Part shown: one piece after another, positions 45,901 through 59,348 of the stretch
Numbering within the stretch: position 1 is the stretch's first letter
Layout: the number at the start of each line of letters is the position of its first letter
Source: the human T2T-CHM13v2.0 reference genome, Homo sapiens
DNA length: 64,000 bases
Strand: one strand, 5' to 3'
NCBI RefSeq assembly: GCF_009914755.1
Contig: NC_060928.1
Program-made: the position numbers and the translations under genes
Notes under the pieces: generated by a model
What the model saw: the letters and a program-made list of their open reading frames with translations, nothing else
Database searches by the model: none
What the model was told of the DNA's origin: nothing

Positions 45901-47754
45901 TTTGATGAATTCTTGGTCATCAAATACATGTTTTGTTTCTCAGAAAACTAAATGGGGAGTTAGCTCTTATTCTATGTGATGTTGTGACAAGAATTCTTTT
46001 TAAAAGTGACATGTTGGTTACATAACTCCTAAGTTCTTCAATGAATTCTGATGACTTTTTACTTAAAAACCCAATGAATTATAATTATTCAGATATTCTA
46101 GAAATACTTTGTACAAGGCTTACTTCTCAACCACAAATTAGACATGCATAAATATGAATTTGAATGACACCCATTTAGCCTACCTTTTCTGTAAGGTTAC
46201 TACTTTAAGCCATTCATTTATTTGTGACTAGCTACCACTTAGCTGCCATATAATAGCATTTATATACACTGTCCTCGTTCTACTGTCTTTTATCCTTCAC
46301 ATACCCTTGGTTGCATGGCATCAGAGACTTACCGTTACATAGCTGCAGTGGCTTATTCGTGTAACTCTGTTACCTATGGCGTTTTGTATTAATTTGTATT
46401 CATTTTTGTCAATAGGAAGATAATTTAAGACAAAAATGAAGCTTTGCTTTTCTCTAAATGCCCTGTGGGTATATTATAGTCCATCCAAAGATATTTCTGA
46501 TTATATAACTGCATTTATTGAGTATAACCTTAGCCTGACAGTGAAAGAGTGTTTTCACCATGTGCAAGAGGCCATTTGTCAAAACTGACCTTTTCTGTGA
46601 AACGGCTACAATTATTAGTTGATCCAAGTGTCAAAGCTCCATCATAAGATAAGGAAGTCAGCTAGGAAATTTTTTCTCATTTGATAATAGGTTTCCAAAA
46701 GAGTTAGAGATGGATTTGATGTTTCTGTCTAGGGTTGAAAACCTAGCCTGAAATGTGCTCGAAACAATTTAGATAGCCATCTTTGTTGAACTGAGTTACA
46801 CATCACAATTTTGGTCTTCTTACAGATTGTTCATAAAGTACACTCTGAGCAATATCTTATTTTCATTTATGTTTTAACTCTAACACATAAGCAATATACA
46901 AGAAAAGCTTTATAAAATAAACAAAACTTCTCTATATGATACATTGTTTTACAGAATGTGATTTTAAGCAACAGATGACAATGAAGTCTTATGAAACTCA
47001 GATACAGATATAACATGGATGTTATATTAATGACAATTTATAATTTACTGTAAAATAAAGTGCCATAGTTCTATAAACAAGATAAATAGTATAAATAAAA
47101 ATTAATAAGCATGAGAAATTCAAAACCAATAAGAAAAACTTCATCAGGAAAACTTTCAATGGGACTAACAAGACAAATTTCTTCATTTAACAGACTATAG
47201 ACATCCTTCTACGTATCAGCACAATGCTTAGATGTAGATGGTATGCCAAGATTGTGAGGGCTTGCACAGATTTTATAGAATTAAAACATAATCACATGAA
47301 ATAGAAGTGTTAAAATAAAACTTTTTGATTGGAAATAGAAAGTGTCAAAATGACACTCTCAAGTACAAAAAAAATGGAACAATGGGAAAATAAAGAAGCA
47401 GAAAGGGAGAAATTTTTAAAAGGCAAAACAAAAGAATTTTACATAAAATTCATGAAGTGTGGTAGGCCTCAAGCTTACTTCCATGATAAAAATGTCCCGG
47501 CAAGAAACTAATGTGCCTTGTAATGGCTAGTGTAGCATTAAGTCAGCCATAGGGAGAGCTAAAAATGACCTTGCTAAATCCATCTTTTTGCTGTAGAAGA
47601 TGTCACCTTGAAGTTAAGAATAGAAATATGAACATCATAGATACATGTTAATTATGGGTTTGTCTACATGAAGATACCAAATGATACAGAAATAAGTATA
47701 TTGGAATAAAATTGGCATGAGTAAATTTCTAAATGCCAGTAATTTTTAAAAATT

Positions 47755-50700
47755 AAGTTTTATTTTTAACTGACAAATTGTATACATTTATGGAATATGA
47801 TGTGATGTTTCAACACATGTTACATTGTAAAATGATCAAATAAGGCTAATTAGCATATCAGTCACCTCAAATATTTATCATTTCTTGGTGCTGAGAACAC
47901 TTAAGATCCTCTCTTTCAGTTATTTTGAAAAATGTAATTATTAACTATAGTCATCCTGCTGTGCAGTAGAACACCAGAATTTATTCCTGACATCTAATTG
48001 AAACTTTGTATTCATTGGCCAATGTTTCCCCATTTCTCTGTCAACACCCCTCTACCCTCACCCACCTCTGGTAATCACCATTCTACTCTCTATCAGTTCA
48101 ACTTTTTAGATTCCACATATAGGTGAGATTATATTGTATTTATATCCCTATGCCTGGCTTATTTTACTGAACATAATGTCTTCTAGGTTTATACATGTTG
48201 CAAATGACAGAATTTCCTTTTTTAAGGCTGAATAGTATTCCATTGTGTATATATGTCATATTTTAAAAATCTATTTGTTGATGGACACTTAGATTGCTTT
48301 CAAATGCTGGTTATTAGGATTAATGCTGTAATAAGCATGAGAGTACAGATATCTCTTCAGCATACTGGTCTTAATTCGTTTAGGTATATATGCCCAGGAG
48401 TGAGATTGCTGGATAGTTGAGTAATTCTATTTTAAGATTTTTGAGGAATCTCCATACTGGTTTTCAAAATGGCTGTACTAATTTACAATACCGAAAGCAG
48501 TGTGTAAGTATTCCCCTTTCTCCATAGCCTCACTAACACTTATCTATCATCTCTTTGATAATAAGTGATCTAATAGGTGTGAGGTGATTTCTCATTGTGA
48601 TTTTAATTTGCATTTCTCTAATGATTATAGATGGTGAACAAATTTTCATATATCTGTTGGCCATTTGTATGTATTCCTTTGGAAAATGTGTATTCAGGTC
48701 CTTTGCCCGTTTTTAATAGGGTTATTTGTTTTCTTGTTGTTGAATAGTTTGAGTTCCTTGCATTATATAATCTGGGTATTAGCCCCTTATCCAATGTACG
48801 ATTTGTAACTATTTTCTCCCAGTGTGTGGGTGGTCTCTTCATTCTGTTGTTTCTTTTGCTGGGCAGAAGCTTTTTGGTTTGATTCAATTACATTTGCCTG
48901 TGTTTTGCTTTTCTTGCCTGTGCTTGTGGGGTCATATCTAAGAAATCACTGTGCAGGCCAATGTCAGAAGTCAGCGAGCTATTTGTCTATATTTTCTTCT
49001 AGTAATTTTATAGTTTCAAGTCTTTAAGTATTCAATCCATTTTGAGTTGATTTTTGTATAAGGGGTGAAATAAAGGTTCATTTTTATTCTTTATATGGAT
49101 ATCCATTTTTCCAGCCTCATCTATTTAAGACTGTCTCTTCCCAATTGTGTGTTCTTGGCACCATTGAAAACCAATTGACTGTAGATACTTGGGCTTATTT
49201 TGGGGCTCTCTATCATATTTGTTTGTTCAATATATCAATTCTTATTTTGTCAGTACCATGCGGTTTTGATTAATATAGCTTTATAATATATTTTGAAATC
49301 AGGTAGTATGATGCCTCCAGCTTTGTTACTTTTGATCAAGATTGCTTTTTGGCTACTTGGGATCTTTTGTGGTTTCATGTAAATTTTAGGATTTCTTTTC
49401 TATTTCTGTGAAGAATGACATTAGAATTTTGATAGAAATTATATTAAATTTGTTGATTGCTTGAAGTATGAATCTTAACATTCTTCCAATCCACGGACAA
49501 GGGATATCTTTCCATTTATTTGCGTTATCGTCAATTCCTTTCATCTGTGTTGTATATAGATCTTTCACTTCCTTGGTTAAGTTTACTTCTAGCTTTTGGT
49601 GTATTGTAAATGGAATTATTTTCTTTTTCAGACAGTTTCTTCATGTATAGAAATGCTACTGACTTTTATAAGTTGATTTTTGCATCCTGCAACTTTACTG
49701 AATTTCTCAGTTCTAAAACTTTTCTTGTGGAGTCTAGACTTTTCTAAGTATAAGATCATGTCATCTGTGAACAAGGCTAATTTGATTTCTTCCTTTCTAT
49801 TTTTGGATGTTCTTTATTTATCTTTCTTGCCTAATTGCTCAGGCTAGGACTTCCAGTAATATGCTGAATAGCAGTGGCAAAAATGGAATCCTTATCTTCC
49901 TGATCTTAGAGATAAAGCCGTCAACTTTTCACTGAGTATGATGTCACTGTGGGCTTGTCACATATGGCTTTTATTGCGTTGAGGAATATTCCTTGTATAC
50001 TTAATTCATTGAGAGTTGTTATGGTGAAAATATGTTAAATTTTGTCAAATGCATTTTCTACATCTATTGAGATGATATGGTCCTTCAATCTGGTAATATA
50101 GTGAATTACTGTATTAGTCCATTTTCAGGCTGCTGATAAAGACATACCTGAAACTGGGCAATGGATAACTTATTAAAAGAAAGAGGTTTAATGGACTTAT
50201 AGTTCCACATGGCTGAGGAGGTCTCCCAATTATGGCAGAAGGCAAGAAGGAGCAAGTCACATGTTGCATGGATGGCAGCAGGCAAAGAGAATGAGAACTT
50301 GTGCCGGGAAACTCCCATTCTTAAAACCATCAGATCTCATGAGACATATTTACTATCACAAGAAACAGCATAGGAAAGATCCACCCTCATGATTCAATTA
50401 TCTCCCACCTGGTCCCTACCACAACCTGGTAATTATGAGAGCTACAAAATGAGATTTGAGTGGGGACACAGAGCCAAATGATATCAATTACATTTATTGA
50501 TTTGCATATGTTGAATCAACCTTGCATCCCACGGACAAATCACTTGATCATGGTGAATAATCCTTTTAATGTACTAAATACTGTTTATCAGTATTTTATT
50601 GAAGATTTTTATATCTGTGTTCATCAGTGATATTGGCCCATAGTTTATTTTTCATGTAATGTCTTTATCTGGTTTTGGTATGAGGGTAATGCTAGCTTTG

Positions 50701-50887
50701 TAAAAGGAGTTTAGAAGTATTTCCTCTTTTATACATTTTTGGAAGAATTTGAGAAGAATTTGTATTAGTTTTTCTTTAAATGATTGGTAGAGATCAGCTG
50801 TGAAGCCATCTGGTCCTGAGCTTTTCTTTGGTGGAATAATTTTAATTACTGATTCGATCTTCTTACTTACTATGGTCTGTTCAGACT
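47755..50887 (-). mobile_element. L1MA4/5-like LINE, non-inverted 3' part, interrupted by THE1A
   Basis: Antisense 3' UTR GCTAATTAGCATATCAGTCACCTCAAATATTTATC; ORF 49386-49568 (KWKDIPCPWIGR) is an ORF2 remnant. Confidence 0.92.
50110..50486 (-). mobile_element. THE1A MaLR solo LTR
   Basis: TGTATTAGTCCATTTTCAGGCTGCTGATAAAGACATACC...GGGGACACAGAGCCAAATGATATCA; perfect TSD ATTAC. Confidence 0.93.
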
Positions 50888-51366
50888 TGAAAATAAAAAT
50901 GGAAACATAACATACCCAAACTAATGGGATGCAGTAAAAGCAGTTGTAAGAGGGAAGTTTATAGCAGTAAATGCTTACATCAAAAAAGAAAGATCTCTAA
51001 TAATCCAACATTACACCTCAAGGAACTAGAAAAAGAACAAACTTAGCCCAAAGTTAGCAGAAGAAAAAGAGATCAGAGCAGTCATAAATAAGGGACTAGA
51101 AAAACAAAAGATAAATGAAGAGTTGTTTCTTTTTAAAAGCGAAACAAAATTGATTAAAAACTTATAGTTAGACCTAGAAAAAGACAAGACTCAAAATGAG
51201 AAATGAAAGAAGAGACATTAGGACTGATAACACAGAAATACCAAAGATCATAAGAGACTTTTGTGAACAGTTATACACTAACAAATTAGACAACTTAAAA
51301 AATGGATAAATTCCTAGAAATATTAAACCTATCAAGACTGAATCATGAATATTGGAAATCTGAACA
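50888..51366 (+). mobile_element. Inverted 5' segment of the same L1MA element
   Basis: Sense ORF2 (TGGGATGCAGTAAAAGCAGTTGTAAGAGGGAAGTTTATAGC) ending at GAAATCTGAACA, the point where the antisense part starts. Confidence 0.88.
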
Positions 51367-51408
51367 AATTGTTGATCTAATCCCTCCCTTCAAGGATGCT
51401 GGGTCTTA

Positions 51409-51611
51409 TTTTTTTTGAGGCAGGGTCTCACTCTATTGCCCAGGCCAGAAGGCCAGAGTGCGCTGGCACAATTTTGGCTCACTGCAGCCTGGACCTCCCC
51501 AGGCTCAAGTGATCCTCTCATCTCAGCCTCCTGAGTAGCTGGGACTACAGGCATGTGACACTATGCCTGAATAACTTTTGTATTTTTTGTAGAGACAGGA
51601 TTTTGCCATGT
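51409..51611 (-). mobile_element. 5'-truncated AluJ SINE
   Basis: CAGGGTCTCACTC, GCTCAAGTGATCCTC; internal AGGCCAGA duplication. Confidence 0.88.
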
Positions 51612-52487
51612 GAAGGCTGTTACCCTGAAAAGTCATCTCTCCCTAGTTTTTGCTTTGAATGGTACAGTAAATCATCTAAATCTTCTGCAAACTGAAGCTG
51701 AAGGATAATCATAATAATCAATGGATAACTTATGATTATTCCATGACCTGTACACATTTTGTTTGAAAATATTAAGCACTCCTTCAATGTCACTTATAAA
51801 TGAATAGAAAAATGAAAAATGGTTTAGTAATTATCTATACTGTAATTTGAAGCATTGGTAACACTAAGAACTAATGTGTTTTATTTCATTGTAAAAAACC
51901 TACCAGGAGTAGTTTTGAGTAGTGTTTGCCTTTTTCTCATTGCATAGCTTACAATATGAAGCAAACATCTTTGCCTACACAAATTGTCATACTCCTTTCT
52001 GAGTTTGCATCAGCTTTCAACATTTTATCTTTTGTGCCTTCAATGTTGTATAATATCTGAATTCCTTTAACAAGAAGCTTTTCTCCCAATTTTCTTCCTT
52101 TTAATAATAATCACTTTCCTTACTTATATGTAAGTTCACCTTTATGGCATTTTTTTCTGGCTGCAAGTCTAGAGTCTCTTGAACAACAGCTGTGTCAAAA
52201 TTTCCACCGTGTATTTCTTCCACTTTCAATTTCTGTTTGAATCTTTAGCCAGTTCTTCTTTTCAATTATGCAGTTTTGTAAAGATGTTCAGTTTATCACT
52301 GGGAGTAAAGGAGGCAACACAACTACAAGCTTTACTGTCTGTGCATGAACTAAATAACAGATGTACAGTGAGGAGCCACCAGTAGACTTTGAAGTAATTC
52401 GTGTGGTCATGGATCATGATGCACATGTTGTTTATGTAGTAGTTTTCATGCTAAAGAGCTAGCAGCAAAGTTTATACTTCATGCAAT

Positions 52488-52521
52488 TACAGTTAACATA
52501 ACTATACAGTTAACACAACTA
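52488..52521 (+). repeat. 17-bp tandem duplication TACAGTTAACA(T/C)AACTA x2
   Basis: Read directly; 1 mismatch. Confidence 0.9.
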
Positions 52522-52604
52522 TGCTAACTGAAATTTAAACTGTTAGGTAAACCACAGTAACTTAGGTTCAAGCATATATTGAAGCTATGCAAAGTACAGA
52601 CTGC

Positions 52605-52607
<3 letters not shown>

Positions 52608-52648
<41 letters not shown>
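52608..52648. repeat. (TG)20 microsatellite
   Basis: Read directly. Confidence 0.97.
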
Positions 52649-52651
<3 letters not shown>

Positions 52652-53403
52652 CAATTTTGTATGCTCTCTTGTATTGTTTGGCTTACGCATGTCTATCTTC
52701 TTGTAAGCCTCAAATATTCTGTCCCTCTCTCTCAGAATGTAACCTTAAAAGCTGCATAGTTGTTTTAAAAACACCTCTAAATGCCCATAGTTTCCTCTGA
52801 ATCAACTTTTGACATCTCCACACTCCTTGTGATGTTGTCATATGATGATTTTAGGATTTTCCTATAATAGTCTCTAAAGATATTTTATACTCCCCTTTTG
52901 AAGAGTACCTTTTGCTGGAGGAAAAGATATGGAAAGTTGGGCAATTGGGGCACAGTGAGTCATTTGACTCACACAGATATGAAAAGTCTCAAATTAAGCT
53001 GTAACTTCATCTTTAAATGCTCTTATTTGTACAATCTGAATATACACAGACAAGATTTAGATAATATTACTATTTTTATTTTACCAAACATGTTCGTTTT
53101 CAGACTAAGCTATCTGTAATATACCATTAAACCCATATTTATTAAAAATATTTCAATTTTAATGTTTTGTTAAAATGTAATGTACAGACATACCAATGTG
53201 TATGCTTCATATAGAATGTGTATATATGCTCTTACTACATACATATTACATTATGCCAACAGCAGCAATTTAAGTATACAATTTCAAATACATAAAATTC
53301 ATTTGGTTATTTTGGCATCATTTAAAAATCTTGGGTACTCACAAAAGGAAGAGGCTCTAGGTTTCTTTTCTGAAGGTGTCTTTACTAACACAAACCTCTT
53401 AGT

Positions 53404-53725
53404 GTCATAGAATTGCAGAGCTGGAGGAGATCATGGATTATTTGTATACATCTTTCACTTTATCAATGAGAAAATGGGAAATCAAAAAAGATAAGTGAAA
53501 CAAAATGAAAGTGGGATCATATTTTCTCAACTCCACGTAGTAAAAATACCTCTGTGATGTTTATAATCTGTAAATTAGACTTTGTGTTTATCGTTTAATT
53601 CTCACAATAAACCTCTGAAGTCAGGCGGCAGGAATTAACGCATCTGTACCAATAGAAAACAGATTTAAAGGAGTCAAATGTCTTCCCTGAGGTGACACAG
53701 CTGGCGGGTGGAGAACTCCTGACGC
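53404..53725 (-). mobile_element. Two MIR fragments (~53404-53510 and ~53593-53725)
   Basis: TCATAGAATTGCAGAGCTGGA; TTTAATTCTCACAATAAACCTCTGAAG...AGGTGACACAGCT. Confidence 0.6.
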
Positions 53726-54634
53726 TCTCATCTCCTCATTGTGGAGCCCAGGCTTTATCTGTTACCCACCCGTGGCTTTTGTAATTGGAAATGGAAACAG
53801 TGTCCATGCATAGGTGTAGAATCTCATTTACAGAAACAACGACATAAAGCATTGAGTGATTTTCTGCATAAGCCTTTGGCAACCTTGATGTTTTTTTTTT
53901 TTTTCCTAAGGTTGGCAGGTGTTATCACTTTAATCTGCAAAATATAATTTGCTTAGAACCACTTTTAATTCAGGGTTAGGCCAAAAGCTTCCTGTATTCA
54001 TATAGAGTGAAATGATTACTAACTCTGAATGCAGACTGTATTCCTTTTAAATCATTCGTGTACTGTTAATGCTTTGCATGTAGAGCAGTCTAGGTGGGCT
54101 CAGAGCTCAGTTATCCTGTGTCTCTTCCTTCCCACTTCTACCACTAACTTGTGTGGCAGTGCCTGCACTCATTGGTTGACTCCTCCAAAGGGCTCCTAAA
54201 CATTATAGACAACTTTTCATTATGTTGCATGCATATATTCAGAATTTCCTTTCTACAAAAATATGTGTTATCTAGGTAAGAAAGTTAGATATGCTAACAC
54301 AGATCACATACATTTGTTAAGGAATTAAAAATGGTATTAAACCAAGTACGTACAATATCTATCCTTACTTAAATATCTTGTTTTTTTGAGTTCTCTGTAT
54401 TGGTACTATGAATATAAATCAGCCATCCTAAAATAAGAGGATGCTTATTATAAAATGGTGACATTTCTAAAGCAGTGATAACTGCTATCTAAGTTACACC
54501 TGTGATTTCTCCAGTGCATCTTTCATGCTCAACTACCCTGTATACGAGGCTTAGATGGTTAAAATCTTTGTGCAGAAAATTACATTGTCTATAGCAAATT
54601 TGATGTGATAAGTGAATCATAAAAGTAACTTTGA

Positions 54635-54917
54635 GACCAGATGTGATGGCTCACGCCTATAATATTCCCAGCACTTGGGAGGCCAAGGCGAGTGCATCAC
54701 CTGAGTTCCAGACCAGCCTGGCATGGTGAAACCCCATTTCTACTTAAAATACAAAAATTACCTGGGCATGGTGGTGGTCACCTGTAATCCCAGCTACTTG
54801 GAGGCTGAGGCAGGAGAATTGCTTGAACCCAGGAGGCAGAGGTTGCAGTGAGCTGAGATCACACCATTGTACTCTAGCCTGGTCAACAGGAGCAAAACTC
54901 TGCCTCAAAAAAATAAA
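54635..54917 (+). mobile_element. AluSq/Sx-like SINE with several small indels
   Basis: TSD AAAGTAACTTTGA/AAAATAACTTTGA. Confidence 0.92.
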
Positions 54918-56020
54918 AAAATAACTTTGATCCTTTTGTCAAGACATAATAAAACCAGTGGTAAACTTAATGGAGTAAACATTTGCAGGTATGTTTGTGG
55001 TATTAAAGTATTTGCGTTAAAATGCCAGGATGAGTATTTTACATAGACCTTTTCCAGTAACAATATACAATCAACAATTTTCCCTTTGTTCATCATAATT
55101 ATAAAAGGTCAAATAATTATACTTTTTCTGTAAATGGTAACTAATTTCAATAGAATTTATAAGTGTTTCCAATTTTTATGAAACTTTCTAAGATTCACTA
55201 TTTAGAAATATTTCACTTAAACTTACCTGAATTAAGTTTGGCAAATCATGATTTGTCAAGCAGTCCGTTGGGATAATACTGGACAGGTTATCTTTACTCC
55301 AGCATGGTTTGGTCACCCTCTCTTACATTAATGTCTTGAAATTCCACTCGGAGTTAGCTGTATGTAACAAGCAATTCGTTTAAGGTGAGGATCCTTACTT
55401 AAACATGTCTGAGGTTTGCGTATTTCCTAGAGGCTCACGTTAAATCCCTCCAAGTCTAATGACCTTGCCACCTGCTTCCTCACAGAAAACTAACATTTAC
55501 ATTTGTAAGGTTAAATCAGATATATAACGGGAAAAGTAGGAGGAATAACTATTATAAATCAAAGAAACATATTATAGGTTTTCTCATCTTCCCTGACAAC
55601 TTAAACTTTCGTATAATGATCACATCAAGAACAATATCTAATCATGAGTTGTCTGCATATTGAGGTTGACAATTTCAGTTAGTGTGACAAACTGAAATAA
55701 TTGTTTTACATAACACATAGGCTTTTAAAAAATGAGATTATTCTGGGTTATGATCTCAAGAAATATGTTATACTATTCCTGCCACCATAGCTTCCACACT
55801 CTGTAAAGAGATCCGAAATATGCTGTAATAGTATGGCACCAAGCTGGTGAGATATTTTGGATAAGATAAACAAGTGCAATTGAATAGATTTATTTATTTT
55901 TGATAAAATTCTAAGCAATGTCCGTTGTGAGGAAATATGATTTAAGAAAAATAGACTTGTAAATGTATTTAAGCATAGTTAATAAATGAAAGAACACAGA
56001 ACAACTTTTCTCTCACAATT

Positions 56021-56333
56021 GTAATTAACTAACTAATTAATTTGTTTGTTTGAGACAGAGTCTCGCTCTGTTGCCCAGGCCGGAATGCAGTGGCACAATC
56101 TCAGCTCACTACAACCTCTTCCTCCCCGGTTCAAGTGATTCTTCTGCCTCAGACCCCTAAGTAGCTGGGACTACGGGTGCATATCACCGCGCCTGGCTAA
56201 TTTTTGTATTTTTAGTAGAGACAGGGTTTTCCCATGTTGGCCAGACTGGTCTTAAACTCCTGGCCTCAGGTGATCCATCTGCCTTGGCCTCCCAAAGTGC
56301 TGGGATTACAGGTATGAGCCACTGTGCCCAGCT
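56021..56333 (-). mobile_element. AluSx-like SINE with a (TAAY)n-diverged tail
   Basis: Antisense Alu; TCTCACAATT on both flanks. Confidence 0.93.
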
Positions 56334-57594
56334 GTATCTCACAATTTGAAATAGTTTCTAAATGTAATTGTTTTTCCCTGAATCTCCTGTTCCCCGCAAA
56401 CACCCTCATCTTGTTATAACTCTGTGCCTGGGCCTTTGGGTTTACAAATCTCAGTAAGAGTCCATCAAACCTCTCTAAGGCATTGGGGATTTTAAAAATA
56501 TCCTCATCTTCTCAATTTTATCAATTGGCATAGAGTGCTTACAGTTTCCTTTTGAATAATTGCATTTCTATGACAAATGTAAACAATTTGCTATACCATG
56601 TCTTACTTGCTTTCCTGGAGAAGATAACTAGCAATTTAGTATAATTTTCATTCTCACCATAGTTTGTGTGATCTTCTGTTTTTGGAATTCTAGACATTTG
56701 ATGTTAATATGAGGCCAGGTTATCTTTATTCCAGCAGGGTTTGCTCACTCTCTCTCAAATGTCTCATCTCACATCCACCCTGCACTTTGAGCTACATTGA
56801 CTGTTGTTGGTTGAGAGAGTTGACATGGCTACTCAGCATCCTTCTGGGAGGCAGGTAAACTGTTGTCCCCTGTTAGAATTAGCAATGGTATAGGTTGATT
56901 TATTTTCTTCATTGTAAGGCATTCTAATTCAACTAGTTCAATTTAAATTATAGTCAACATTAACAGAATGATTTCATGGAATCTCAAAGGACTTTACACA
57001 ATTAAATCTGCTCATAGTGAATCAGTTCCTATTGTATTAACAGCAAATGACTTCTTTTACCAGAAGTTGCATTCTAGGGCAGCAGGTCCCATAACCTTAA
57101 AAGTGGGGAAAAATGTTTTTGGCACTTTGTGATATCATCATATTCCAAGATATACCAGAAAAATCAGGATGACAAATGGTTTTCTCTCTTCAATGGCATT
57201 TATAAATTTCAGCCACATTATTATTTTTATCTTATCTATCTTCAGCTATCGGCTTATCCAGCTGCCTAGACTTCTCCTTATAAATCCATACCTTCATTCT
57301 TTAAGTGATTTTTAAAAAATAGACTTTTCTTGTTTAATTCCAGAAGAACCAGATCCTAGCTTTCTAATGGCATATTTCTCTAAACACATAAAAAGATTTA
57401 TATTCTATAGCTTAATTATAGTGAAGAAAGTAGTTTTCATCAAAAGAACTTGGTTAAAACAATATATTTATGGTCTTAAGTATGGCTAGATTTGGAATGT
57501 GTTAAGAGTTACCACGGTATCAGTCTGAGAAATGTTACTGAGTGATGCTATGAGGATTGGTGTTTTGACCTACACAATACTTGATGCTTTAGAG

Positions 57595-57927
57595 CAGTGG
57601 TCCCCAGCCTTTTTGGTGCCAGGGACTGGTTTCATTGAAGGCAATTTTTCCATGGACCTGGGGGGTGAAGGCTTCAGGATGAAACTGTCACTTCAGATTA
57701 TCAGGCATTAGTTAGATTCTCATAAAGAGCACTCAACCTAGATCCCTTTCGTGTGCAGTTCACAATGCAGTTTGGGCTTCTATGAGAATCTAATGCTGTT
57801 GCTGATCTGACAAGGGGCAGAACTCAGGTGGTAACGCTTGCTCTCTGCTCACCTCCTGCCTTGTGGCCTAGTTACTAACAGGCCACGAACCTGTACCTAT
57901 CTGTGGCCCAGGGATTTGGGACTCCTT
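57595..57927 (+). mobile_element. MER1B hAT-Charlie DNA transposon
   Basis: CAGTGGTCCCCAGCCTTTTTGGTGCCAGGGACTGG...ATCAGGCATTAGTTAGATTCTCATAA; 8-bp TSD CTTTAGAG/TTTTAGAG. Confidence 0.93.
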
Positions 57928-58185
57928 TTTTAGAGTTAAGAGTGAAGCATATTCTCAAAAGATATTTGCAGTATAAGGGGATATAATGGTGTGTTAGGAT
58001 AGTATGATGGCAAAATAGCTACTATCATGATAAATTAGAATAAAAGTCCTGCAATATTCAATCGTGAGTGTTATGAAATAATAGAGAAGCAATACCAACT
58101 TGTATTTGAGACAGTGAAAAATTATACCTTTTTAAACCTAAAGAGTCTTATTTAAGGAATTATCTCTACATATTTTCCACAATTC

Positions 58186-58477
58186 TTTTTTTTTTAAGAG
58201 CTAGGGTCTTTCTCTGACTAGGCTGAAGTGCAGTGGCACACTCACAGCTCACCGAAATCTTGAATCTTGGGCCCAAGGTATCCTCCCACCACAACCTCCT
58301 GAGTAGTTGGAACTACAGGCATGCACCAGAATGCCCGGCTAATTTTTAAGTTTCTTGTAGAGACATGTCTTGCTATGTTGCTGCCTAGGCTGATTTCAAA
58401 TGTTTGGCCTCATGTGATCCTCCCTCCACAACCTCCCAAAGTGCTGGGATTATAGGCGTGAATCACTTTGCCCAGCC
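58186..58477 (-). mobile_element. AluJ SINE
   Basis: Diverged J-type body; CCACAATTCT on both flanks. Confidence 0.9.
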
Positions 58478-58496
58478 TAACCACAATTCTAATCTA

Positions 58497-58702
58497 GTTA
58501 AGAATAATTTGGAGTCAGACTGTTGGAGTTTTTATCCTTGTGGTACCACTGAGGGCACTGGATAAGGTATTTTGTATTCCTGTTTCATAATTTCCTCATC
58601 TACAAAATGAGGATTAAAATCGTATTTCATAAAGACACTATAAATTATATGTGAGAGCATATATGTAAGCCATTACATAGCACGAGCTCACAAACTTTAG
58701 CT
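58497..58702 (+). mobile_element. MIR SINE
   Basis: TTTGGAGTCAGACTG...TTTCCTCATCTACAAAATGAGGAT. Confidence 0.75.
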
Positions 58703-59348
58703 AAAATTCCTTTCATTATTGCTATGTGCAAATCTGAGGAATCCAAAATTGAAAACAACAGCAACAACAGAAAATACTGTTCTTTTCCAAAAAAGGAAAC
58801 CTGCCAACTTACAGATTATACAAGATAGTGAATAGAAAGAATGTATTTTATAGTGACTGAAATTCGAAATCTGTGCTTGGGTGTTACAGCAAATTTAGAT
58901 GATCGAAAGCTCTCAGATTAGAACTCTGCAGATTTATTTCAGTCCAGATATTTGATATTGCTTGAAGCAGTTGTTTTTGTGGTTCATAATTTTCACTAAA
59001 TCAAACCTTAATTAAAAAGTTTCTGCCTGGAGACGCTTCCTTTGAATTCCTAGGTGAGGCTCAGTAGGACTGTTGCCTGTTTGTGACAATATTAAATGTC
59101 AGGCTGACAAATGTCAGCTCAACAGATGGGTAATTGTATACATTAACCCTACTAATGGACAGATGTGTTTTAGCATAAATTGTAATATAATCTGTGACTA
59201 AAACCATAGCTCATATAGGAATAATCCTATTTACAAATGATAATGTTAACATATAATACACATTTATACAGTACTAGTTCAATAATACCATTATACATAA
59301 TTATGTATGAGCACTTCTTAATACTAGGAACTCTACATTAAACATAGG

